64,000 bases of DNA from positions 71,491 to 135,490 of the forward strand of contig CAVWZA010000017.1 in the NCBI GenBank assembly GCA_963759405.1, written 5' to 3'. This DNA comes from an uncultured Chloroflexia bacterium. GTDB lineage: Bacteria; Chloroflexota; Limnocylindria; QHBO01. Position 1 is the stretch's first letter, and each line of letters opens with the position of its first letter. This document shows, piece by piece, positions 19,421 to 29,589 of the stretch. The position numbers and the translations under genes are program-made. The notes under the pieces are model-generated. The model was not told the DNA's origin. It made no database searches and saw only the letters and a program-made list of their open reading frames with translations.

Positions 19421-20022
19421 GCCGCGTCGCCGAGCTTGAGCCAGCGCGCGAGATCGTCGGGCGTGTCGAGATCGAAGGCGAGGCCGGCGCGGTTGACCGC
19501 CACCAGCGGCACGCCGGCTCGAGCGACCTCGTCGAGGTGCGCGGCAAAGCTGCCCGTGCCGAACCGGAACCTGATCACGCCCGGCGGTCGCAGCACGAGC
19601 CCGTTGGTGCCGGTGCCCGCCCGATCCGGGGCGATGGCCACCGCCGGCGCGTCGCCGTCCGGCAGGGCCGAGGCGAGCACCTCGACGTCGCTGGCCTGCA
19701 GGTTGGGAAGGTCGCCGTGCAGCACGATGAGCGTGCCGACGTCATCGACGAGCGCATCGAACCGGGCCTGCTCGAGGCCCTCGTTGAGACCCATCCCGCG
19801 CTGCACGAGCAGCCGGGCGCCGGAGGGTTCGACGATCTCGGCGAGGGCGCGCGACGGAGAGATGACGACCACGTCGTCGCTCACTTCGCGGGTGACCTTC
19901 AGCACGCGCTGCAGCAGCTGGCTGGCGAGCATGACGCGCTCCTCCGGGGAGAGGCTCGGGGCGAGGCGCGTCTTGGCCGCCTCGAGCCCGCGATGCGGGA
20001 CGATGATCCGCGTCGTTGTCAC
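19417..20022 (-). CDS. cofC: 2-phospho-L-lactate/PEP guanylyltransferase (CofC/FbiD)
   Basis: IVP..LEAAKTRLAP, GLNEGL, HGDLP, APDRAGTGTNGL, FRFGTGSFAAH, FDLDTPDDL. Confidence 0.92.
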   Translation of the reverse strand: MTTTRIIVPHRGLEAAKTRLAPSLSPEERVMLASQLLQRVLKVTREVSDDVVVISPSRALAEIVEPSGARLLVQRGMGLNEGLEQARFDALVDDVGTLIVLHGDLPNLQASDVEVLASALPDGDAPAVAIAPDRAGTGTNGLVLRPPGVIRFRFGTGSFAAHLDEVARAGVPLVAVNRAGLAFDLDTPDDLARWLKLGDAA

Positions 20023-20058
20023 CGGTGGAGCATATCGCGATCGTGGGGACAGGCCCAA

Positions 20059-20992
20059 TCAGGACCCTTCGACGAGTGTCAACAGACCGGCGGCGAGCGT
20101 CGCGCGGTCATCGTCGGTGCCCATGATCGTGGGCAGAACGTCGACGGCCATCCCCAGCTGCTCGATCGCCGGGGCAAGCTCCGCGTCGGCCGTGTCGACC
20201 ACGAAACGGTCGACCAGGCCGGCATAGAGCCGCGCGACGCCGAGTGCGCTCGATTCGTGGCCCAAGCGACGTGAGCATCCGGTCGGCCGGGCCCTTGAGG
20301 GCGCGGCCGCCGATGATCGGACTCACGGCCACCTTCGGAGCGCCCGCCGCGACCAATGCCTCTCGCACGCCCGCCAGCTCAAGGATGGGACCGATGCTGA
20401 CGATCGGGTTGGAGGGTCCGATCACGATCAGCTCCGCGGCGGCGATGGCGTCGAGCACCTCGCTCGTCGGCCGGGCCGCCTCGACGCCATCGAGGATGAC
20501 GCCCTGCACCGTCGGCTCCTGCCGGCGACGCACGAAGTAGTCCTGGAAGTCGAGCGGCCCCTCGTCGGTCTCGAGGCGCGTCCGGTAGCGATCGTCGGTG
20601 GCGGGCAGGATGCGGGCGCTGATGGCGAGTGCCGTTGCCATGGCGGCGACCGCATCGGTCAGGCGTTCTCCGTCGCGGAGGCGTCGCGTGCGTTCCACGT
20701 GCGTCGCCAGGTCGGCATCGCCGAGGGTGAACCAGGCCGGCGCTCCGTAGCGCGCGAGCATGGCGTGGGCCGTGAAGGTGTCGCCACGTACCCCCCAGCC
20801 TCGCTCGGCGTCGATCAGGCCGCCGAGCGTGTAGAGCAACGCGTCGATGTCGGGGCTGATGTGCAGCCCGTGGAGCTCCACGTCGTCGCCGACGTTGGCG
20901 ATGACGGTCAGCTCGACGCGATCGCCCAGGAGGGCGAACCCGTGTGCGAGCTTCGTGCCTCCCGTGCCACCGGCGAGGAGCGTGACCTTCAT
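20059..20992 (-). CDS. cofD: 2-phospho-L-lactate transferase (CofD/FbiA); frameshift at ~20265
   Basis: LAGGTGGTKL, NVGDD..HGLHISPDID, WFTLGDADLATH, FQDYFV, GPSNPIVSIGPIL, KGPADRM. Confidence 0.92.
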
Positions 20993-21930
20993 GAGGCAGC
21001 GAGGGCGGGCTTGACCTCGTTGATGAGCCGCTCCTGCGACTCCGCGTCGTAGGGTGATGGGAAGCCGAAGATGAAGTGGCGGAACCCGATCCCGAGGTAC
21101 GGCCGCAGGCGCTCGACGATCTGGTCGACCGTCCCGACCGGCTGGTCCTCCCACGGCTCCGCCTTGCCGTTGTGCTCGAACATCGCCTCGAAGACCCGCC
21201 GCGCTTCGGCGGGATCGTCGCGGATGATGCAGGTGCCGGCGCCGACGGTTCGCTCGATCTCCGACTCGTCGCGGCCGATTTCCTCGCAATGCCGGCGCAG
21301 GATCTCGTCCTTGCGCTTGACGCTCTCGAAGCCGCCGCCGACGTTGCAGGCGTCGGCGTAGCGCGCAACGGTCCGCAGCGTCCTCTTCGCGCCCCCGCCG
21401 CCCACCAGGATCGGGAGGCGCTTCTGGAGCGGAGGTGGGTCGTTCCGGACCTCGTCAACCTTGTAGTACTGCTCGCCGGACGGACGCTCGCCGTGGAGCA
21501 TGCCTCGCATGATGCGGACTGCCTCATCCAGCCAGCGGAGGCGCTCGCCCGGCGAGCCGCCGAACTCGATCCCGAACGCGTTGTGCTCGGTCTCGAACCA
21601 GGCCCCGCCGATACCCAGCACAGCCCGGCCGCCGCTGATGTGGTCGAGGGTGGTCGCCATCTTGGCGACGAGCGCCGGGTTGCGGAACGTGTTGGCACCG
21701 ACCATGAGCCCGATGGTGGCGCGCTCGGTGCGCTCGGCCCAGGCGGCCAGGGTCAGCCACCCCTCGAACATCGGTCCCTCGTGGGAACCGACGATGGGAT
21801 AGAGGTGGTCCCAGGTCCAGATCGAGTCGAAGCCGAGCCGGTCGGCCCGGATGCCGGACTCTCGCAACGAGGCCCAGTCGCTGTACTGGTTCCATGAGTT
21901 GGCGCCGAATTTGATCGCTTCGTTCGTCAT
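20989..21930 (-). CDS. LLM-class F420-dependent oxidoreductase
   Basis: GFDSIWTWDHLYP, EGWLTLAAWA, NTFRNPALVAKMATTLDHISGGR..LGIGGAW; translationally coupled to cofD. Confidence 0.88.
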   Translation of the reverse strand: MTNEAIKFGANSWNQYSDWASLRESGIRADRLGFDSIWTWDHLYPIVGSHEGPMFEGWLTLAAWAERTERATIGLMVGANTFRNPALVAKMATTLDHISGGRAVLGIGGAWFETEHNAFGIEFGGSPGERLRWLDEAVRIMRGMLHGERPSGEQYYKVDEVRNDPPPLQKRLPILVGGGGAKRTLRTVARYADACNVGGGFESVKRKDEILRRHCEEIGRDESEIERTVGAGTCIIRDDPAEARRVFEAMFEHNGKAEPWEDQPVGTVDQIVERLRPYLGIGFRHFIFGFPSPYDAESQERLINEVKPALAAS

Positions 21931-21947
21931 GCGCCAATGGTAGGTGC

Positions 21948-23336
21948 TTAGGCCGTCGGAGCCTCCGCCGGACCGATGCGCACGGTCTGGATGTTGGTGA
22001 ACTCCCAGATCCCGTGGCGGCCCAGCTCGCGGCCATAGCCGCTGCGCTTCACGCCGCCCAACGGCATGCGCGGATCCGAGGCGACCAGGCCGTTGACGAA
22101 CACCGAGCCTGCCTCGATGCGCCGCGCGATCGCCTTGGCGGCGGTGAGGTCGCGCGTCCAGACGGCGGCGCCCAGCCCGTACTCGGTGTCGTTGGCGAGC
22201 TCGATGGCATGGTCGACGTCGCGGGCCCTGACCAGCGCCGCGACGGGACCGAACGTCTCCTCGCGGAAGGCGGGCATGGCGTCCGTGACGCCGTCCAGCA
22301 CGGTCGGCGCGTAGTAGTAGCCCCGCCCGGCGATGGGCTCGCCGCCGACGAGCGGCTGGGCGCCCATCCCGCGCGATTCGTTCACCTGGCGCTCGAGGGT
22401 GTCGCGCAGGTCCCCGCGTGCCAGCGGGCCGACGTTCGTGTCCCGGGACGCGGGGTCGCCGACGCGCAGGGCGCGAACCGCGTCGACGAAGCGCGCGCCG
22501 AACTCGTCGGCGACCGGCTCCTCGACGATGAAGCGCTTGGCGGCGATGCAGCTCTGGCCGTTGTTCTGGTTCCGCGCTCGCGCCGCGGTACGCGCCGCGT
22601 ACTCGAGGTCGGCATCGGCGAGGACGATGAACGGGTCCGACCCGCCGAGCTCCAGCACCTGCTTCTTGATGCGCGCCGCGGCCAGCGAGGCGATCCGCGC
22701 ACCGACCTCGGAGGAGCCGGTCAGCGTCACCGCCGCGATGCGCTCGTCGTCGATCAGCCGCTCCGTGTCCGCGCCGGAGATCAGCACCGTGCGAAGCAGG
22801 CCGTCGGGGAAGCCGGCGTCGCGCAGCACCTCCTCGCAGGCCAGCGCCGACTGCGGGACGTTCGACGCGTGCTTCAGCACGATCCCGTTGCCGGCCATCA
22901 GCGTGGGGGCCCCGGCGCGGAAGACCTGCCAGAACGGGAAGTTCCACGGCATGATCGCCAGGATCGTGCCGAGCGGCTCGTAGGCGACGTAGCTCTCGAG
23001 CGACTCCGTGGCGACCGGCGCGTCGGCAAGGTACTCGGCCGCGTGGTCGGCGTAGTGGTCGCAGGCGGTGGCGCACTTGTTGACCTCCGCCTCGGCCTCG
23101 ACGATCGGCTTGCCCATCTCGGAGGTGATGAGGGCGCCGTAGCGCTCGGATCGCTGCCGCAGCAGCTCGGCCGCGCGCCGCATCGGGACCGCCCGCTGCT
23201 CGATGCTCATCTTCCGCCAGGTGCGCTGCGCGGCAACCACCTGGTCGACGGCGTGATCGACGGTGTCGTCCGACCACGGCTCGAACTCGGCGAGCACCTC
23301 TTCCGTGGCGGGGTTGATTGACGTGATCATCGCCAT
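21948..23336 (-). CDS. NAD(P)-dependent aldehyde dehydrogenase (succinate-semialdehyde dehydrogenase-like)
   Basis: SINPATEE, IMPWNFPFWQ, LKHASNVP, LTGS, LELGGSDPF, NNGQSCIAAKR, EETFGP, GGVKRSGYGREL. Confidence 0.9.
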   Translation of the reverse strand: MAMITSINPATEEVLAEFEPWSDDTVDHAVDQVVAAQRTWRKMSIEQRAVPMRRAAELLRQRSERYGALITSEMGKPIVEAEAEVNKCATACDHYADHAAEYLADAPVATESLESYVAYEPLGTILAIMPWNFPFWQVFRAGAPTLMAGNGIVLKHASNVPQSALACEEVLRDAGFPDGLLRTVLISGADTERLIDDERIAAVTLTGSSEVGARIASLAAARIKKQVLELGGSDPFIVLADADLEYAARTAARARNQNNGQSCIAAKRFIVEEPVADEFGARFVDAVRALRVGDPASRDTNVGPLARGDLRDTLERQVNESRGMGAQPLVGGEPIAGRGYYYAPTVLDGVTDAMPAFREETFGPVAALVRARDVDHAIELANDTEYGLGAAVWTRDLTAAKAIARRIEAGSVFVNGLVASDPRMPLGGVKRSGYGRELGRHGIWEFTNIQTVRIGPAEAPTA

Positions 23337-23351
23337 CGCGCCACCGCCGGC

Positions 23352-23768
23352 TCAGTCATGTCGGATCACCTTGTCCGGGCGGAAGCGCAGGATGACCCGT
23401 TGCTGGCCCGCGTAGCGGTCGGGATCGCCGCCGTAGCGGCGCGCGAGGGAGCGGATGTGTTCCATGGCGCGCTCCGGGTCGTCGTCGAGGGTGACCTGTC
23501 CCTTGAACGCGGCCCAGCGCAGCCCCTCTTCGAAGCAGAGGCTGATCCGCGGGTCGCGGCGAAGCCATCGGTCCTTCGCCCGTCCTCGCTTGGTGTTCAT
23601 CACGATCACGTTCGGATCCTCGGGGTCGAGGTCGAACCACATCACGGACTGGCTCGGCGAGCCGTCCTCGGCGATCACGGCGATCACCGGATAGCGCAGC
23701 TCTGCCATCAGCCAGTCGCGCAGATCATCGGTCAGGACGGCGCCAACGGTCAGATCGGGGTCGGTCAA
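23352..23768 (-). CDS. PPOX-class (FDOR-B-like) F420-dependent oxidoreductase
   Basis: DGSPSQSVMWF, NTKRGRAKDRWLRRDPRISL, RVILRFRPDKV; next to the cof genes. Confidence 0.8.
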   Translation of the reverse strand: MTDPDLTVGAVLTDDLRDWLMAELRYPVIAVIAEDGSPSQSVMWFDLDPEDPNVIVMNTKRGRAKDRWLRRDPRISLCFEEGLRWAAFKGQVTLDDDPERAMEHIRSLARRYGGDPDRYAGQQRVILRFRPDKVIRHD

Positions 23769-23857
23769 CGATGGTCTCCTTCAGGCTGCCGGACCGATGC
23801 GCGCGACCGGCACCGGCAGGCGGTTGTGCTCTGTTTTGCAGTCTACACTCGCGCGGA

Positions 23858-24988
23858 ATGACCACCGTCGAGCTGCTCTCCGTTGGCGCCGAGCTCCTCC
23901 TCGGCGAGACCGTGGACACGAACGCGGCCTTCCTCGGCCAGGAGCTGGCGACCCTCGGCCTGCCGCTTCGAACCGTCCGCATGCTGCCCGACGACCGGAC
24001 CGTCCTGCGCGACGCATTCGCCGATGGACTGGCTCGCTCGTCGGTCGTGCTGGCGACCGGCGGCCTGGGTCCGACGCATGACGACCTGACCCGCGAAGGG
24101 CTCGCCGATGCGCTGGGCGAGGAGCCGGTCGAGGACCCGGCGCTGCTCGCTGCGCTGGAGGAGCGATTCCGCGCCTTCGGGCCGATGCCTGCCGCCAATC
24201 GGCGGCAGGCGATGCTGGTGCCGTCGGCCGAGACGCTTCCCAATCCGATCGGCTCCGCGCCGGGCTGGTGGGTCGAACGCGACGGCGCGATCGTGGCGCT
24301 CATGCCGGGCGTGCCCTCCGAGATGCGCCTCATGTGGAGCGAGCAGGTGCGGCCGCGGCTGGCGGCCCGGTTCGGGCTGCCTCCGCTCACCGTGCGCTCG
24401 GTCAAGGCCTTCGGCATCGGCGAGTCGGCCATGGCGGAGCGGCTGGGACCGCTGCTCAGCGCACCGCCCCCGGGCGTCGATGCGGGGATCTATGCCCGGG
24501 ATGACGGCGTGCACGCGCGCTTCTCGACCGGCGGCGACGCTTCGGCCCTCGACGCGTGCGTGGCGGCCGCCCTGGAGGCGCTCGGCGACGACGCGTACGG
24601 GACCGATGACGACGACCTCGCCAGCATCGCGCTGGCACGGTTGGGAGCATTGGGCCTCGGGACCGTGGCCAGCTGGGAGTCGGACACCGAGGGCGCGCTG
24701 CTCTCGATCCTGAGCGGGGCTCCGGCCCGCGACGGGGCCGCTCGCTACATCGGCGGGGTGCTCGACATGGGGACGCCCACTGGCCCACCGATGGCCGATG
24801 CGGTCCTCCAGGTCTCACTGCTGCCGCAGGACGCCAATGGCCGGAGCCGGGTCCGAGTCGCCCTCAGCGGCGGCGTGGCGATGCCGGCAACCGAGCTCCG
24901 AATCCACGGATCCGGTCCGCAGCGGCTGCGGCGCGCGGCGTTCGCGGCCCTCAACCTCGTGCGCGGGTTCAGCTCCAGCGACCGATGA
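23858..24988 (+). CDS. CinA-like competence/damage-inducible protein (MoCF-binding domain, degenerate C-terminal domain)
   Basis: LSVGAELLLGETVDTNAAFL, TGGLGPTHDDLTRE, NPIGSAPG, MPGVPSEM, FGIGES. Confidence 0.85.
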   Translation: MTTVELLSVGAELLLGETVDTNAAFLGQELATLGLPLRTVRMLPDDRTVLRDAFADGLARSSVVLATGGLGPTHDDLTREGLADALGEEPVEDPALLAALEERFRAFGPMPAANRRQAMLVPSAETLPNPIGSAPGWWVERDGAIVALMPGVPSEMRLMWSEQVRPRLAARFGLPPLTVRSVKAFGIGESAMAERLGPLLSAPPPGVDAGIYARDDGVHARFSTGGDASALDACVAAALEALGDDAYGTDDDDLASIALARLGALGLGTVASWESDTEGALLSILSGAPARDGAARYIGGVLDMGTPTGPPMADAVLQVSLLPQDANGRSRVRVALSGGVAMPATELRIHGSGPQRLRRAAFAALNLVRGFSSSDR

Positions 24989-25848
24989 GCCTGATCGCTT
25001 CGGGGCGGATCTCGAAGGTCCATGTGGGCTGGGCGCCCACCACGTCGCCGTCGGCCTGGACCGGGAGCGCGCGAGCCATCGATCGAGCGGACCTCGACGC
25101 GGCGCGCGTCGATCCGGCCGGCCTTCGGCCTGACCTTCAGCGCCCAGCGGGCGGCCTCGACGGCCATTTGGGGTGCGGGGCCGGAGTAGACCCGCAGCGC
25201 CATCACGCCCGCGTCCGGACGGGCGCCGGGATTGACCTTCAGGCCCCGGCCAAAGAAGGGGGTGGTCCCGATGACGAGCAGCTCCATCGGCCCACGGTGG
25301 ACGAGCCAGTCGTCGGCGCGCACCTCGACCTGCGGCCGTCGCCACAGGTCAGGGATGGAGCGCGCCACCGCGGAGGCCCAGCCCGGGAGCCGGCGCGCAC
25401 CGGCTTCGGCGTAGCGTCCCGTCACCAGCGCGTCCCAGCCGGCGCCGGCGAAGAGCGCCAGGCGCCCGCCGACCTCGATGAGATCGACCGGGCGAGCGTC
25501 CGCGCGCACGAGGACATCGACGATGTCCTCCGCCGTGGATGGAAGGCGCAGCAGGTGGCGCGTGGCGTTGCCGAAGCCGGCGGGCACGTAGCCGAGGGTG
25601 AGTCCCTCGCGGCCGGCTGCCACGTTGTACGCGACGCTGAGCGATCCGTCGCCACCGGCGATCACCGCCGTCCCGTAATCGTCGATCCGCTCGGTCAGCC
25701 AGGCGGTGATCTCCTCGACGTCGCGGCTGGCGATGACGTGGAGATCGGCGTCGAGCGCGCGGCGGGCGAGGTCCACCGCGCGCCGGACGTGGTCGGTCCG
25801 GGCGCTGCCAGCCCCCTCGTTGAGGAAGACGGCCGCGCCAGAACGCAC
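24969..25848 (-). CDS. Diacylglycerol/lipid kinase family protein (YegS/BmrU-like); frameshift at ~25070
   Basis: FLNEGAG, AGGDGSL, GYVPAGFGNA, FAGAGWDA, PFFGRG, QADGD (shifted frame), ending EIRPEAIRLIGRWS*. Confidence 0.82.
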
Positions 25849-26487
25849 TACGGCAGGGCGGCGAGGATCTCGGCCACCTGCTCCTCATTGCCGGTCAGGA
25901 AGTAGAGCGTGTCGTCCTTGGTGTAGATGAAGACCGACATGCCGGTGCCGGTGGGGTCGGCCGCCGACCAGACGTCCTTGCCGCCGACGGAGGTCTGTTC
26001 GAGCCCCGTCACGTCGCCGCTCTCCTCGCTGGCGGCGATGAACTCGCGCTCGAGGTCGTCCTCGTATGCGCCGAGGATGCGGAACGCGCCAACGCTCAGC
26101 GGGTTCTCGGCTGCCATCAAGCCGCCGAAGGCGACCGAGACATCGTCGAGCTCGGCGCCGACCGAGTCGAGGAACGCTGTGAACGAGGGATCGGAGCCGC
26201 CGCCGGCCATGAACACGTCGCCGCGGAAGCTCTGGACCTGGAGGGGACTACCCCCGACCGTATCGGGGAAGCGGGCGGCGAGCTCAGGGTCGCCGTTCGT
26301 GTCGAACGATGGGAAGGCCCCAACGGTCTCTTCGGCAGCCTCGGACTCGGCAGGCTCGGACTCGGCAGGCTCGGGGGTTGACTCCTGCGGTGGCCGTCGG
26401 CGACGCCGATGAGTCGCCCTGGTCGCTCGAACACGCCGAGGCGACGAGCGCCAGCAGCGCGATGAGCAGGATCGAAATGCGCGTCAA
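25848..26487 (-). CDS. Putative lipoprotein; frameshift at ~26385
   Basis: Signal peptide MTRISILLIALLALVASAC (lipobox), EPAES repeat linker, DPELAARFPDTVGG...YTKDDTLYFL. Confidence 0.7.
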
Positions 26488-26564
26488 GAGTGATCTCCTA
26501 TGGATGATGCAGCCCGAGCAGGATAGCGGCCAGCGCGGAAATAGCCACCTTCCCCCTTTCGGCG

Positions 26565-27956
26565 TCAGGTCCGGGCGAGCAGCTCACCGGTGGGCGCGCG
26601 CTTCAGGAAGCGGCCGTCTCCGGCCGCACCGAGCCACTCGTCGCCGTCGACGATGACCTTGCCGCGCGACAGGACGATCTCGGAACGCCCGACCACCTCG
26701 CGGCCCTCGTAGCAGGAGTAGTCGACGTTCATGTGGTGCGTCTTCGCGCTGATGGTGTGCTTCGCGTTCGGGTCGTAGATGACGAGGTCCGCATCGGCTC
26801 CGACGGCGACGACGCCCTTGCGGCCCTCGAGCCCGAACATGCGCGCCGGCGCCGTGCTGATCACCTCGACCCATCGGTTCGCGGTCAGGTAGCCGTCGGC
26901 GACGCCGCCCGAGTGGAGCAGGTTCACGCGATCCTCGACGCCCGGCAGGCCGTTCGGCACCTTGCGGAAGTCGCCCTTGCCGAGGTCCTTCTGGCCGTCG
27001 AAGTCGAAGGGACAGTGATCGGTCGAGACGACCTGCAGGTCGTCCTTGGCGAGGCCCTTCCACAGCTCGCCGGCGTGCTCGGCGGTGCGCAGCGGCGGGG
27101 AGCAGACGTACTTGGCGCCCTCGAAGCCATTGCCCATGTCCTCGAGGGTGAGGAACAGGTACTGCGGGCAGGTCTCGGCGTAGGCCGGCAGCCCCTCGTC
27201 GCGGGCCCGACGCACCTCGTCGAGCGCATCGATCGCGCTCAGGTGGACGATGTAGACGGGCACGCCGGCCACCTGCGCCAGCCGGATGACGCGGTTCGTC
27301 GCCTCGCCCTCCATGACCGGCGAGCGGGAGACGCCGTGGTAGTACGGATCGGTGTTGCCGGCCTCGACGTTCTGGCCCGCGACGACGTCGATGGCGAGCC
27401 CGTTCTCGGCGTGCATCAGGATCAGGCCGCCGTTCCTGGCGGTCTGCTGCATGGCGCGGAAGATGGCGCCGTCATCGGAGAAGAAGACGCCCGGATAGGC
27501 GGTGAAGAGCTTGAAGTCGGTGACGCCCTCGTCGACGAGCTGGTCCATCTCGGCCAGGCTGTCATCGGTGACGTCGGACATGATCATGTGGAAGCCGTAG
27601 TCGACGCAGGCCTTGCCCTCGGCCTTTGCGTGCCAGGCATCGAGCCCCTCACGCAGGCTGGAGCCCTTCGACTGCACGGCGAAGTCGATGATGGTGGTGG
27701 TGCCCCCGAAGGCTGCCGCGCGCGTCCCGGTCTCGAAGGTGTCCTTGGCGAACGTGCCGCCGAAGGGCAGCTCCATGTGGGTGTGCACGTCGATCGCGCC
27801 CGGAATGACCCACTTGCCGGTGGCGTCCACGGTCCGGTCGGCTGCGATCTCGAGGTCGGCGCCGATGAGCGCGATGCGCTCCCCGTCCACCAGCACGTCG
27901 GCCGCCGTCGTGGCGTCGGCGTTGACGATCGTTCCGCCCTTGATCAGCGTGCGCAT
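26565..27956 (-). CDS. hydA: Dihydropyrimidinase (D-hydantoinase)
   Basis: PGAIDVHTHMELPFGG, GTRAAAFGGTTTIIDF, FKLFTAYPG, HAENG, ETCPQYL, STDHCPF, PNGLPGVEDR, HHMNVDYS; AGGAGG RBS. Confidence 0.93.
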   Translation of the reverse strand: MRTLIKGGTIVNADATTAADVLVDGERIALIGADLEIAADRTVDATGKWVIPGAIDVHTHMELPFGGTFAKDTFETGTRAAAFGGTTTIIDFAVQSKGSSLREGLDAWHAKAEGKACVDYGFHMIMSDVTDDSLAEMDQLVDEGVTDFKLFTAYPGVFFSDDGAIFRAMQQTARNGGLILMHAENGLAIDVVAGQNVEAGNTDPYYHGVSRSPVMEGEATNRVIRLAQVAGVPVYIVHLSAIDALDEVRRARDEGLPAYAETCPQYLFLTLEDMGNGFEGAKYVCSPPLRTAEHAGELWKGLAKDDLQVVSTDHCPFDFDGQKDLGKGDFRKVPNGLPGVEDRVNLLHSGGVADGYLTANRWVEVISTAPARMFGLEGRKGVVAVGADADLVIYDPNAKHTISAKTHHMNVDYSCYEGREVVGRSEIVLSRGKVIVDGDEWLGAAGDGRFLKRAPTGELLART

Positions 27957-28051
27957 CGATTCCTCCTGAAGCGCTCACCGGGCGACCGGACGCCAGACTC
28001 CGCGCGCGCCCCGTTGCGACGATGGTAATGCCGACGAGTCCGCGAGGACGG

Positions 28052-28114
28052 TAAACGGGGGACAGGTTCCATGCCTGTCAAGGCAGTAAACCATCGTCGC
28101 GGCCCGTGCATGTT
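28052..28114 (+). promoter_or_regulatory. Tandem putative ECF-sigma promoters TAAAC(G/C)-N14-TGC(C/A)TGT(C/T)
   Basis: Copy 1: TAAACG (28052) N14 TGCCTGTC (28072). Copy 2: TAAACC (28087) N14 TGCATGTT (28107). Both lie directly upstream of the ECF sigma gene. Confidence 0.6.
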
Positions 28115-28123
28115 TCTTGTCAC

Positions 28124-28684
28124 ATGTCCCTTGTCATCGTCCAGAGGCTTGCCCAGACTGCGGCGACCGTGGGTGAGCGCACCGAAACGCACGCCGAGGC
28201 GGCCATCGACTACGCCGCGTTCTTTCGCGCGGAGTTTTCCGCCGTGACCCGCACCGCCTACCTGGTGCTCCACGATCGAGATGCCGCGGAGGACGTCGCC
28301 CAGGACGCGTTCACCCAGCTGTTCCGCAACTGGACGAAGATCTCGGCCTACGACCGCCCGGACGCGTGGGTGCGCCGCGTGGCGATCCGGCTGGCGGTCC
28401 GGGCGGCGAGCCGGCACCGCCTGCTCGGGACGCTGCTCGGACGGCTCGAGCCTCCGGCACAGCCGCCGGGCGCGGACCTCGACCTGGCGGCGGCCCTCCG
28501 CCGCCTGCCGCCGCAGCAGCGCGCGGCGGTCGCCCTGCACTATTACGAGGACCGGCCGCTGGCCGAGGTGGCGCAGATCCTGAACTGCTCACACGCGACC
28601 GCCAAAGTGCACGTCTTCAAGGCGCGCCGGAGGCTGGCAACTCTGCTCGGCCAGCCGGAGAGCGAGGGCGACGATGCCGCTTGA
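28124..28684 (+). CDS. ECF sigma-70 factor (SigE-like); start uncertain
   Basis: AEDVAQDAFTQL..W, DAWVRRVA, ALRRLPPQQRAAVALHYYED..LAEVAQILNCS..TAKVHVFKARRRL. Confidence 0.9.
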   Translation: MSLVIVQRLAQTAATVGERTETHAEAAIDYAAFFRAEFSAVTRTAYLVLHDRDAAEDVAQDAFTQLFRNWTKISAYDRPDAWVRRVAIRLAVRAASRHRLLGTLLGRLEPPAQPPGADLDLAAALRRLPPQQRAAVALHYYEDRPLAEVAQILNCSHATAKVHVFKARRRLATLLGQPESEGDDAA

Positions 28685-29550
28685 CGATCGTCTCCGCGAC
28701 AGGGCTGCGGCAGATCGCCGATGAGATCGACCCCGACGTCGAACGCGCCTTTCAGCGCGCAACATCGGGTCGACCGCAGCCTCGCGTCCGCCAGGCCGGC
28801 ACGATCTTGTCCTACGCCGCCGTGGCAGGACTCGGCATCGCCGTGATCGGCTTGGGGGCGTCATCGCTGGTGAATCGCTTCGGCACAGCCGAAACAAGCT
28901 CGCCGTCGGCCAACCTCTGCAGCGACCCGGCCCTTCCGACTTGCGCTGGTCCGCTCGAACCAGGGGTAAATCGGTCCGGACTCTTCGTTCCGCCGATCGA
29001 CTACATCATCCCGCTCGATTCGCCGGTCGCCTGGGACAACCCGGAAGACCGCCCCGGCACGTTTACCCTCCATCCGGCAGGCCCGGAGACCGATGCGATC
29101 TTCTTCTTTCGTGACGTGGGCGTGTTAACGGCCACATGCAATCCGCGAATCGACGAGGCCATTGGCAACGAGTCGGCGGAGATCGCGGAATGGATCATGG
29201 CGAACCCGAACCTGACGGCCACAACGCCCGAGCCAGTGACGGTAGGTGGACTCACGGGAGTCCTCATCGACCTCAGCGCCTCGGGCACCTACACGACCCA
29301 ATGTGGCAACGATCCGGGCGGCGTGTATCCATCTGACTTGCCGATCGTCCCGCTCTTTGCCGGTGCCGGCTCGGGGGACCTCACCTGGTTCGTCGGAGGC
29401 ACGGAGCGGTTGCGCCTGTACCTCCTCGACATGCCCGGCGGGGGGAACCTGGTGATCTCGATCGATGCCATCGCCGGCGACTTCGACGCGCTCGTCGAGA
29501 TCAGCCAGCCGGTCATTGACAGCATCAGGTTCGACCCCGCGTACTACTGA
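28674..29550 (+). CDS. Putative membrane-bound anti-sigma factor with extracytoplasmic domain; frameshift at ~28700
   Basis: Start overlaps the sigma 3' end (MPLDDRLR..GLRQIADEIDPD). One TM (ILSYAAVAGLGIAVIGLG), then a Cys-containing extracellular domain. Confidence 0.65.
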
Positions 29551-29555
29551 GCCGA

Positions 29556-29583
29556 TAAACCTCACGCCGCGCTCATGCCTGTT
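29556..29583 (+). promoter_or_regulatory. Third copy of putative ECF promoter motif
   Basis: TAAACC (29556) N14 TGCCTGTT (29576), the same spacing as the two copies before the sigma gene. ATG at 29590. Confidence 0.6.
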
Positions 29584-29589
29584 ATGGGC

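Noticed and set aside
20989-23277. Long alternative-frame and antisense ORFs (e.g. 762 aa at 20989-23277, 650 aa at 52942-54894, 596 aa at 39295-41085)
   Set aside because: These are Arg/Pro/Gly-rich shadow frames typical of high-GC DNA overlapping well-supported genes. Only the last ~313 aa of the 762-aa ORF (the LLM) is real.
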